From Candidatus Aenigmatarchaeota archaeon (GTDB lineage Archaea; Aenigmatarchaeota; Aenigmatarchaeia; Aenigmatarchaeales; JACQIB01): DNA of 21,039 bases. Every line of letters begins with the position of its first letter. Position 1 is the first letter of the stretch. The DNA is taken from positions 1-21,039 of the forward strand of contig JBHIDR010000012.1 of NCBI GenBank assembly GCA_046760225.1. Reading direction: 5' to 3'. Below are positions 1 to 7,620 of this stretch, one piece after another. The translations under genes were made by a program, and so were the position numbers. The notes beneath the pieces were generated by a model. That model was not told the origin of the DNA, ran no database searches, and worked only from the letters and a program-made list of their open reading frames with translations.

Positions 1-32
1 GTGAGAGTGAAATAAAGAAGCATATGAAATAG
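1..32 (+). CDS. 3' end of an upstream gene (partial, ...ESEIKKHMK*); possibly proteasome beta subunit
   Basis: Frame from nt 3 reads ESEIKKHMK then TAG (30-32), followed by a T5 tract (36-40). The identity is only a guess from the common archaeal adjacency of the proteasome beta gene and aCPSF1. Confidence 0.3.
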   Translation, partial: ESEIKKHMK

Positions 33-71
33 CTCTTTTTGACTTATAATAAGATTCTGAAGAATGGTAGC

Positions 72-1952
72 ATGGTTGAAATAAAGACATCAGAGCTCTT
101 TGAGAAGATAAAGGAAGGACTGCCTGAAGATGCAAAGATATCAGACATCAGGTTTGAGGGGTGTGAGATAGTCCTGTATACAAAGAACAAGAAGTTCTTT
201 ATTTCCAATTCCGCTGTGATTAAGGGCTTGGTGAGCACATTAAAGAAAAGGATAATCCTCAGGCCAGACCCCTCGATATGCGTTGATATGGAAAAGGCAA
301 AGAAAGTGGTTGAAGAGACAGTGCCCAAGGATGCTGGTGTGAAGGAAGTGACCTTTGAACCCGAGTTCGGGGTAATGACAATAGAGGCAGACAAGCCAGG
401 GCTCGTGATAGGAAAGGGAGGGGAGACCCTGAAAGAAGTAAAGAGGAAAACATTCTGGCTGCCCCACATAAAGAGGTCACCTGCAATACCGAGCGACATA
501 ATCAAGACACTCAGGGAGCTGATATACAAGGAGAGCGCGTTCAGGAAGGATTTCCTTGACAAGGTCGGGAGGAGCATACACTCAGGATGGAAGCCAACAG
601 AATGGGTAAGACTTACAGCTCTGGGAGGTTTCAGGGAAGTCGGAAGGTCAGCTATACTCTTACAGACACCTGAGAGCAATGTGCTCATTGACTGCGGAAT
701 AAAACCAAGTACAAATGAGCTGCCCTACCTCAATATCCCGGAATTCGACATAAAGAAGCTGAATGCAGTGATACTTTCCCATGCACATATGGACCATGCT
801 GGTGCAATACCAATGCTCTATGAATACGGGTGCGAGGCACCATTGTATTGCACTGTTCCTACAAGGGACCTGATGGTTCTGCTCTGCATGGACTACATAA
901 ACCTCATGAACAAGGAAGGCAAGCAGCCGTTATATTCAACAAAAGGGATAAAGGAGGCAGTGAAAAGGTGCATACCGCTTGATTATGATGAGGTATCTGA
1001 CATAACACCTGACATGAGGCTCACTCTCCTGAACAGCGGCCACATACTAGGGGGCAGCATGGTGCACATACATATAGGCGATGGTTTGCACAATGTTCTT
1101 TACACAAGTGACATTAAGTTCGACAGGACAGCACTGTTTGAATCAGCAAGCATGAACTTCTCAAGAGCAGAAACAGTGATAACAGAGAGCACATATGGTA
1201 GCAAGGGAGACATACAGCCAAGGAGAATGGAGTCTGAGTCAGCATTAGTTGAGGCAGTGAAGAAAACAATAAAAAGAAAGGGAAAGGTGCTCATACCAAG
1301 CTTTGCTGTTGAAAGGAGCCAGGATTTACAGGTGATTCTTCAGAGAGGAGGCGTGGGCGTGCCCATATACCTGGACGGCATGATATGGGACGCGACTGCA
1401 ATACACACAACCTATCCAGAGTACATGAACAGGGACCTGCAGAGACTGATACTTCAGCAGGGAAAGAACCCGTTTACTTCTGAGATATTCAAGAGAATAG
1501 GAAGCCAGGAAGAGAGGAAGAAGATACTGAACAGCAAGGACCCGTGCGTAATAATAGCAACAAACGGAATGTTGATAGGCGGGCCAAGTGTATGGTGGCT
1601 GAGGCAGCTGGCAGAGGACAAGAAGAACATGGTTGTCTTTGTTGGATACCAGGCAGAAGGCAGCCTTGGCAGAAGGGTGCAGAAAGGATGGAAGGAGGTG
1701 CCAATGGAAGAAAAAGGCAGGACAGTTGCTGTGCCAATAAACTGCGAGGTTGTCACAGTTGAAGGACTTTCTGGGCACAGTGACAGGAAACAGCTCATAA
1801 ACTATATTTCAAGGCTCAAGCAGAGGCCGGAAAGAGTCATAGTTGACCATGGTGAGGCCTCAAAATGTACTGAGCTTGCAAGAGACCTCCACAGGATGTT
1901 CAGGGTAGAGACACTTGCGCCCAAACTTCTCGAGACAATCAGGCTGAAGTGA
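72..1952 (+). CDS. fttA: aCPSF1 / FttA: KH-domain beta-CASP metallo-beta-lactamase ribonuclease (transcription termination factor)
   Basis: N-terminal KH region with GLVIGKGG, then LGGFREVGRS, LIDCG, HAHMDH, SGHILG, SGHSD and DHGE motifs; about 626 aa. ATG at 72 preferred over TTG at 39 because TTATAATA (44-51) lies 20 nt upstream. Confidence 0.95.
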   Translation: MVEIKTSELFEKIKEGLPEDAKISDIRFEGCEIVLYTKNKKFFISNSAVIKGLVSTLKKRIILRPDPSICVDMEKAKKVVEETVPKDAGVKEVTFEPEFGVMTIEADKPGLVIGKGGETLKEVKRKTFWLPHIKRSPAIPSDIIKTLRELIYKESAFRKDFLDKVGRSIHSGWKPTEWVRLTALGGFREVGRSAILLQTPESNVLIDCGIKPSTNELPYLNIPEFDIKKLNAVILSHAHMDHAGAIPMLYEYGCEAPLYCTVPTRDLMVLLCMDYINLMNKEGKQPLYSTKGIKEAVKRCIPLDYDEVSDITPDMRLTLLNSGHILGGSMVHIHIGDGLHNVLYTSDIKFDRTALFESASMNFSRAETVITESTYGSKGDIQPRRMESESALVEAVKKTIKRKGKVLIPSFAVERSQDLQVILQRGGVGVPIYLDGMIWDATAIHTTYPEYMNRDLQRLILQQGKNPFTSEIFKRIGSQEERKKILNSKDPCVIIATNGMLIGGPSVWWLRQLAEDKKNMVVFVGYQAEGSLGRRVQKGWKEVPMEEKGRTVAVPINCEVVTVEGLSGHSDRKQLINYISRLKQRPERVIVDHGEASKCTELARDLHRMFRVETLAPKLLETIRLK

Positions 1953-1992
1953 ATTTTAAAAAGGTATAAAATAGAATATAACTAAGATATCC

Positions 1993-3519
1993 ATGGATAA
2001 GATCATAGTATTAGATTTTGGAGGCCAATACTGCCACCTAATTTCTAGGAGGATTAGGGACCTTGGTGTTTATTCTGAAGTGCTGCCATCGGGTATGACA
2101 AAGAAAGACTTAATTAAGATACCGAATCTAAAGGGCCTGATTCTATCCGGTGGGGCTGCGTCTGTCTATGGCAAGCATTCCCCGAAATGTAACAAAGAAG
2201 TGCTTTATCTGGGCATTCCCATCCTAGGCATCTGCTATGGGCATCAACTGATAATGTTTCTTGATGGTGGGGAGGTGGTTTCAGGAGAACACGGGGAATA
2301 CGGGATTACAGAACTAAAGATTCGGGAAAAGAGCATTCTGCTGAACGGTCTAGATGGTGGAGAAAGGGCCTGGATGAACCATAAGGACATAGTAAAGAAC
2401 TTACCAGCCAATTATTCTGTCATTGCATCAACAACGAATTCCCCAATAGCGGCCTTTGAAAACAGCAAAAACAAGATTTACGGCGTACAGTTCCATCCAG
2501 AAGTTAGTCACACTGAGAATGGAGATAGAATCCTTGAAAACTTTGTTTTCGGGATTTGCAACGCCAAAAAGGAATGGAACACCTCTGATATTGTGAATGA
2601 CATAACCGATGAAATTAAACAGAAAATCGGGAATAAAAAGGCCGTAATTGGTTTGTCTGGTGGTGTGGATTCCTCAACAGCTGCTATTCTTGTAAACAGG
2701 ACAATTGGTAAAAATTTGACCGCTGTTTATGTTGATACGGGTCTGATGAGGCACGGAGAAACAGAATTTATTGAAAAGGCATTTTCAAAATACAATCTGA
2801 ACCTGAAGATTGTCAATGCCCAGGACAGATTTTTCAAGGGACTGGAAGGCATCACTGAACCTGAAGAGAAAAGAAGAATAATCGGGAAATTGTTTGTTGA
2901 CATATTTGATGAGGTTGCGCAGAAAGAAAAGGCAGATATCTTGGTACAGGGGACAATCTATTCTGACAGAATTGAGAGCGGAATCACAGAACATTCTTCA
3001 AAGATCAAATCTCACCACAATGTGGGTGGGTTGCCTGACAACATGAAACTGGAGGTCTATGAGCCACTAAGGAACCTGTACAAAGATGAGGTCAGGAAAC
3101 TTGCAAAGGAACTTGATTTGCCTGATGAAATTGTCAAAAGACACGTCTTTCCTGGGCCTGGGCTGGCTGTGAGGATTGTTGGGGATGTCACGCCGAAAAA
3201 GGCAGAGATTGTGAGAAAAACGAGCCTCATAATTGATGAGGAGCTCGAGAAGTCAGAATTGTACAACAAAGTCTGGATGGCTTTTGCTGTTTTGCTGCCT
3301 GTAAAAAGCGTTGGGATACAGGGCGATGCAAGGAGTTACAAGTATCCGGTTGTTGTAAGAATTATAGAATCAAAAGATGCAATGAGCGCGAACTTCGCCA
3401 AGATACCATATGGAATATTAGAAAAGATTTCCACAAGAATTACCAATGAAATCAATGATGTCAACAGAGTGGTTTATGACATCTCCAACAAGCCCCCATC
3501 CACAATGGAGTGGGAATAG
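1993..3519 (+). CDS. guaA: GMP synthase (glutamine-hydrolysing), fused GATase + ATP pyrophosphatase chain
   Basis: LDFGGQY start, GICYG (catalytic Cys), QFHPE (His/Glu), PP-loop SGGVDS, IKSHHNVGGLP, FPGPGLAVR, C-terminal KPPSTMEWE. Confidence 0.97.
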   Translation: MDKIIVLDFGGQYCHLISRRIRDLGVYSEVLPSGMTKKDLIKIPNLKGLILSGGAASVYGKHSPKCNKEVLYLGIPILGICYGHQLIMFLDGGEVVSGEHGEYGITELKIREKSILLNGLDGGERAWMNHKDIVKNLPANYSVIASTTNSPIAAFENSKNKIYGVQFHPEVSHTENGDRILENFVFGICNAKKEWNTSDIVNDITDEIKQKIGNKKAVIGLSGGVDSSTAAILVNRTIGKNLTAVYVDTGLMRHGETEFIEKAFSKYNLNLKIVNAQDRFFKGLEGITEPEEKRRIIGKLFVDIFDEVAQKEKADILVQGTIYSDRIESGITEHSSKIKSHHNVGGLPDNMKLEVYEPLRNLYKDEVRKLAKELDLPDEIVKRHVFPGPGLAVRIVGDVTPKKAEIVRKTSLIIDEELEKSELYNKVWMAFAVLLPVKSVGIQGDARSYKYPVVVRIIESKDAMSANFAKIPYGILEKISTRITNEINDVNRVVYDISNKPPSTMEWE

Positions 3520-3525
3520 TCCAAG

Positions 3526-3897
3526 TTATTCCTTCCATGGCCTGCAGATGATAATGGCATAGAGCAGGTCAGATATCACATGGAAAAGTGCTCCCAGGAA
3601 TATGGGGAAGTAGAGGATATAGAACACAGCGAGTGCCAATATGTTATGAAAGGGCAAAAGGAACCAGAGCTTGAGGCTCTTAATCTTGCTCTTCTTTGAA
3701 AGTTCCCTGCAATGGTTCCATATTCTCTTTAGGCTCAGTGTCCGCAGCTTTATGCTGAAGAATAGGACATGGTCTGCATCCACTAGGATAGAAGCTGCGA
3801 TGGCAATAAGTAATTCAAGCGGCGTGAGGAAGCCAAAGAACAGATGCAATGGTATGAAGAAGAGCAGTGCGAACAGCAGGTGCCAGTGCGGTAGCAT
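3526..3897 (-). CDS. Small integral membrane protein, YdjM-like putative metal-dependent hydrolase
   Basis: Hydrophobic segments carrying H (PHWH), DADH, PFHN and FHVISD motifs in the spacing typical of this family. ATG at 3897; an in-frame GTG at 3906 is an alternative start. Confidence 0.65.
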   Translation of the reverse strand: MLPHWHLLFALLFFIPLHLFFGFLTPLELLIAIAASILVDADHVLFFSIKLRTLSLKRIWNHCRELSKKSKIKSLKLWFLLPFHNILALAVFYILYFPIFLGALFHVISDLLYAIIICRPWKE

Positions 3898-3907
3898 GTA
3901 AATCACA

Positions 3908-4008
3908 TGGTGGGCGGGGAGAGATTTGAACTCTCGACCACTCGATTATCAGTCGAGCATTCTAACCTGGCTAAACTTTGCGGGTCCGTTCGCACGAACT
4001 ACCCGCCC
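3908..4008 (-). tRNA. tRNA-Ile(GAT) with a 23-nt intron at position 8/9; CCA encoded
   Basis: Minus strand: GGGCGGG-T[intron]A-GTTT-AGCCAGGTTA-GAAT-G-CTCGA-CT GAT AA-TCGAG-TGGTC-GAGAG-TTCAAAT-CTCTC-CCCGCCC-A-CCA. Removing 23 nt gives a canonical 78-nt cloverleaf. Confidence 0.95.
3978..4000 (-). other. tRNA-Ile intron (8/9), 23 nt
   Basis: AGTTCGTGCGAACGGACCCGCAA. Central helix GCGG(3-6)/CCGC, bulges GT|A and AA|A, intron hairpin GTTCGT-GCGA-ACGGAC closed by a GNRA tetraloop. Confidence 0.8.
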
Positions 4009-4045
4009 TTATCCTCGCCCATTAAATCAGTATATCAGCATTACT

Positions 4046-4053
4046 TATATAAA
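4046..4053 (-). promoter_or_regulatory. TATA box for tRNA-Ile
   Basis: TTTATATA on the minus strand, 37 nt upstream of G1. Implies a start site near 4020-4022 and a leader of about 12-14 nt. Confidence 0.6.
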
Positions 4054-4071
4054 TTGGTGGACCGGGCGCGA

Positions 4072-4100
4072 GTTTCACTTCCACCCCTTTGGGTGAGTGC
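4072..4100 (-). other. tRNA-Ala intron (59/60), 29 nt
   Basis: GCACTCACCCAAAGGGGTGGAAGTGAAAC. BHB with outer helix = T stem, central helix TTCA/TGAA, bulges AA|G and AC|T. Confidence 0.85.
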
Positions 4101-4138
4101 TTTGAACGCGCGATATCTGCCTTGCGAAGGCAGCGTCA

Positions 4139-4152
4139 CTCCGGGCAGGTCA
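4139..4152 (-). other. tRNA-Ala intron (21/22), 14 nt
   Basis: TGACCTGCCCGGAG. Central helix CCGG/CCGG (self-complementary), bulges AA|T and AG|T, single C-G and G-C flanking pairs. Confidence 0.75.
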
Positions 4153-4199
4153 TTCCGGGCTAGACCACCGGCCCATAGAATTAGTTGCAGCCAGAAGAT

Positions 4200-4207
4200 T
4201 TAATAAA
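4200..4207 (-). promoter_or_regulatory. TATA box for tRNA-Ala
   Basis: TTTATTAA on the minus strand, 25 nt upstream of G1 (very short leader expected). Confidence 0.5.
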
Positions 4208-4208
4208 C

Positions 4209-4433
4209 CTATGGATTGTCTATTGTGCCTCTGGGTATTTCGTCAAAACCATCCTCATTCTCATGGTTTGGCCTAAGCAAGTAGATATTTCCTTTACTGT
4301 CTATCTTCGTGGAGCAGATGCCCTCCACGAACGCAAAATAGCTTCCCCTTCCTTTTTTATATTCTACCTCATATCTGCCTCCTCTTGAAAGGACCTTATG
4401 AAGTCTGGATACCCTTATTGTATCTTCGTCCAT
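4209..4433 (-). CDS. Hypothetical protein (74 aa)
   Basis: ATG-initiated ORF filling the gap between tRNA-Ala and the divergent gene; TTTATATT (4456-4463, minus) lies 22 nt upstream of the ATG. No recognised family. Confidence 0.6.
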   Translation of the reverse strand: MDEDTIRVSRLHKVLSRGGRYEVEYKKGRGSYFAFVEGICSTKIDSKGNIYLLRPNHENEDGFDEIPRGTIDNP

Positions 4434-4480
4434 GGCATGTTATTTAATATTAAAAAATATAAAGTTTAACAAGTGGTAGT

Positions 4481-5173
4481 ATGAAGATTGCAGCTGTGTC
4501 TGATATTGATTTTCCAGGCTCAATGGAGATGTTCTGGTCAGCACTCCAGAAGACAAAGCAGCCAGATCTGCTTCTTTTTGCGGGCGATATGTGCGATTTC
4601 GGCCACTACAGCCAGTACAAGGTGGTGCTGGACAAGATAAAGAAGAAAGGATGGAAGTGCCCGATATATGCTTGTTTTGGCAACAAGGAGTTTGAGCAGG
4701 ACTATGCAAAGATAAAGGAAATAGCAAGGGGTGTCACCTTTATTGAAGATGAGAAAGTAGAGTTTGAGATAAAAGGTAAAAGCATAGGAATAGTTGGAAG
4801 CAAGGGCGTGCTTGACATGCCAACATGGTGGCAGGCGCAGAATGTCATGGGAATAAAGGACACCTACAAGATGAGAAGGGCATTGATGGTAAAGCTCATG
4901 AATGAGCTCAAGTCAGACATAAAGATACTGCTGACGCACTATGCGCCCACTTACAGGACACTGAAGGGCGAGGACGCGAGCATATGGAAGGTGCTGGGCA
5001 CGAACAAGCTGGAAAAATACATGGTAAAAGCTGGGATTAGCTTTGCAATCCACGGGCATGCGCATTTTGGCACGCACCTTGCTTTTGTTGGCAAGATACC
5101 TGTTTTCAATGTTGCCTTGCCAATAAGCAAGCAGATAACAATGATAGATACTGAAAAGCTGCCAAAAGCTTAA
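4481..5173 (+). CDS. Calcineurin-like metallophosphoesterase family protein
   Basis: MKIAAVSDID, AGDMCD, FGNKE, LLTHYAP and HGHAH motifs in metallophosphoesterase order; two motifs deviate (see findings). Confidence 0.85.
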   Translation: MKIAAVSDIDFPGSMEMFWSALQKTKQPDLLLFAGDMCDFGHYSQYKVVLDKIKKKGWKCPIYACFGNKEFEQDYAKIKEIARGVTFIEDEKVEFEIKGKSIGIVGSKGVLDMPTWWQAQNVMGIKDTYKMRRALMVKLMNELKSDIKILLTHYAPTYRTLKGEDASIWKVLGTNKLEKYMVKAGISFAIHGHAHFGTHLAFVGKIPVFNVALPISKQITMIDTEKLPKA

Positions 5174-5205
5174 AGTTTTATATTTCTCTCAGCTAACAAT
5201 TGGCT

Positions 5206-7617
5206 ATGGAAATGCCGAAAAGATATGATGCAGGGGAAGCAGAGCCAAGAATACAGAAGTTCTGGGAAGACAGCAAGCTATTCATATTTGACCCGAAGAG
5301 CAAGAAGCCCATATTTTCAAATGACACACCGCCCAGGTATGCGAGCGGTCCACTGCACATAGGCCATGCCACATCATATTCGCATCAGGACTTTTTCTGC
5401 CGCTACAAGAGGATGAGGGGCTTCAATGTGTTCTATCCGCTTACATTTGATGTTAATGGCCTTCCAATTGAGGTAAATGTGGAAAAGCAGGGCATCACAC
5501 CTGAAAAAGTTGGAAGGGATGCCTTTGTTAAGGCCTGCAGCAAGTTCGCAGCCAAGAACATAAAGACAATGACAATGCAGTTCAGGCTGCTTGGTCACTC
5601 AATGGACCCAACAATCTATTACCAGACTGATGCTGACTACTACAGGCGATTAACACAGATATCATTCATCAGGCTCTTCAAGAAGGACCTTGTGTACAAA
5701 GGAGAGGCACCTGTGATATGGTGCCCCCGTTGCATTACTGCTCTGGCAGATGCAGAAACAGAGTACAAGACACGCAACACAAGGCTGAACTACCTGAAGT
5801 TCTATATTGATGAAGAAATCAAAAGCAAAGGCAAATGGGTTGGAAAGGATGACAAAGGATACTATGCAGTAATTGCAACAACAAGGCCTGAGCTTCTGCC
5901 TGCCTGTGTCACTGTTCTTGTTAATCCAGAGGACCCAAGGTACAAGGAACTTGTTGGAAAAGAACTGAAAGTCCCGCTCTTTGCCAAGAAGATCAAGGTA
6001 ATAACTGATGAATCAGTTGAGCCAGAGTTCGGAACAGGAATAATGATGGTCTGCACCTTCGGTGACCTGACTGATCTGGAGGTTGTCAGGAAGTATGATC
6101 TTCCGTTTGTAAGGGCACTGGATGATAAGGGCAGGCTCACAGAAGTAGCAGGCAAATACAGGGGCATGATAGTTAAGGAAGCGCGCAAGACCATGATAGA
6201 AGACATGAAGAAACATGACCTTTTGGTGGAGCAGAGGGACACTGAGCAGAATGTGAGCACTTGCTGGCGCTGCTCCACACCAATAGAGTACATAATAACA
6301 AAGGAATGGTTCCTGAAGACCCTTCCCTTTAAGGAAGACGTGCTCAAGGCTTCCAAGAAAATAAAATGGCATCCTAGCTTCATGATAACAAGGCTTGAGA
6401 ACTGGGTGGACTCGCTCAAATGGGACTGGTGCATTTCAAGAAGAAGATATCTGGCAACCCCGCTTCCATTATGGGAATGTGACAAGTGCGAAGATGTGGT
6501 ATTAGCAAAGGAAGAGCAGTGCTATATCAATCCTCTAAGGACAAAGCCTCCAAAAGAAAGCTGTAAGTGCGGAGGAAGGTTCAAAGGAAGCGAGCTTGTT
6601 TTTGATACTTGGATGGATTCGTCCTTAACAGTGCTCTTCAATAGTTACTGGCTCAGGGATGACAAGATGTTCAAAAAGCTCTTCCCAATGGATGTCAGGC
6701 CACAGGCCCATGACATAATAAGGACATGGGCGTTCTACACAATCCTCAGAACCCTTCAGATGGTTGGTGATATTCCTTTCAAGAACATTGTATTGAGCGG
6801 CTATATCATGGGACCTGATGGAACTCCGATGCATGCAAGCAAGGGAAATGTTGTGGATCCACTGGAAGTAATAGAGAAGAACAGTGCTGATGCATTCAGG
6901 TATTTTGCAGGCCTGCTCTCCTTGGGAATGGACACAGCCTTCAAATGGAAGGATGTTGGGCATGCGAGCAGGCTGCTACAGAAGCTGTGGAACATGGGCA
7001 GGTTCACTTCAATGCAGCTTGAAGGCTTTGAAAAGAAGAAAGTGAAGACAAGGGCAGTTGACAAGTGGATTCTGGCAAAGCTAGCAAAGCTGATAGAGGA
7101 GAACACGAAATCATGGGACGAATATAATTTCTCAGCTGCAATGCAGAGGACAGAGAGCTTCCTGTGGAATACTGTTGCAGACAATTATATTGAGATGATA
7201 AAACACAGGCTTTATGGAGAAGGAGATAAGGAGGCTGCGCAGCAGACACTGTATACAGTGATGTTGTCAGTTGTAAAGATGCTTGCCCCTGTTCTTCCGC
7301 ACATAACTGAGGAGATATGGCAAAGGCTCTTCAAAGAATTTGAAAAGGAAAAGAGCATTCATATTTCTTCCTGGCCCAAGGTTGAAAAGAAACCTGAACT
7401 AGCTGTGTTTGAGAAAGCTGGTGATGCTGCGGTTTCAGTGCTTGCTGCCATAAGGCAGTGGAAGCAAGAGAACAGGCTTCCCTTGAATGCAGAGGTAAAA
7501 AAGGTTGTGATAGGCAGGGAGAAGGAAGACATTCTTAAGGATTTTGTGGATGACATAAAGGGAGCAATGAAGGTGAAGGAGATAGGATTCGGGAGCAAAT
7601 TCTTAGTGGAGGCCTGA
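5206..7617 (+). CDS. valS: Valine--tRNA ligase (archaeal type)
   Basis: DTPP..SG.LHIGH (HIGH), WCPRC.TALA, ATTRPELL, FGTG..M.CTFGD editing motifs, WDWCISRRR, DTWMDSS, RPQAHDIIRTWAFYT. The KMSKS position reads PMHAS. ATG at 5206 is 22 nt downstream of TTTTATAT (5176-5183). Confidence 0.96.
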   Translation: MEMPKRYDAGEAEPRIQKFWEDSKLFIFDPKSKKPIFSNDTPPRYASGPLHIGHATSYSHQDFFCRYKRMRGFNVFYPLTFDVNGLPIEVNVEKQGITPEKVGRDAFVKACSKFAAKNIKTMTMQFRLLGHSMDPTIYYQTDADYYRRLTQISFIRLFKKDLVYKGEAPVIWCPRCITALADAETEYKTRNTRLNYLKFYIDEEIKSKGKWVGKDDKGYYAVIATTRPELLPACVTVLVNPEDPRYKELVGKELKVPLFAKKIKVITDESVEPEFGTGIMMVCTFGDLTDLEVVRKYDLPFVRALDDKGRLTEVAGKYRGMIVKEARKTMIEDMKKHDLLVEQRDTEQNVSTCWRCSTPIEYIITKEWFLKTLPFKEDVLKASKKIKWHPSFMITRLENWVDSLKWDWCISRRRYLATPLPLWECDKCEDVVLAKEEQCYINPLRTKPPKESCKCGGRFKGSELVFDTWMDSSLTVLFNSYWLRDDKMFKKLFPMDVRPQAHDIIRTWAFYTILRTLQMVGDIPFKNIVLSGYIMGPDGTPMHASKGNVVDPLEVIEKNSADAFRYFAGLLSLGMDTAFKWKDVGHASRLLQKLWNMGRFTSMQLEGFEKKKVKTRAVDKWILAKLAKLIEENTKSWDEYNFSAAMQRTESFLWNTVADNYIEMIKHRLYGEGDKEAAQQTLYTVMLSVVKMLAPVLPHITEEIWQRLFKEFEKEKSIHISSWPKVEKKPELAVFEKAGDAAVSVLAAIRQWKQENRLPLNAEVKKVVIGREKEDILKDFVDDIKGAMKVKEIGFGSKFLVEA

Positions 7618-7620
7618 AAA

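Larger units (their letters stand above)
4055..4174 (-). tRNA. tRNA-Ala(CGC) with two introns (21/22, 14 nt; 59/60, 29 nt); CCA encoded
   Basis: GGGCCGG/CCGGTCC acceptor stem with the Ala identity pair G3:U70, anticodon arm CTGCC-TT CGC AA-GGCAG, T stem GCGCG/CGCGC. Removing both introns gives a 77-nt cloverleaf with T loop TTCAAAT. Confidence 0.95.

Noticed and set aside
1953..3910. guaA plus hydrolase as an element integrated at the tRNA-Ile 3' end
   Set aside because: No duplicated tRNA 3' end (att site) is visible near 1953-1992 or 3520-3525, and there is no integrase.
4072..4100. Possible nested intron within the 59/60 intron (GCAC-TCA-CCC AAA GGG-GTGG-AAG)
   Set aside because: The putative central helix has a G-G mismatch and a 1-bp outer helix; a single 29-nt intron already explains the gene.
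3907..4203. 98-aa + strand ORF in the track
   Set aside because: It is the antisense reading of the two tRNA genes (MVGGERFELST is a typical reverse-tRNA translation).
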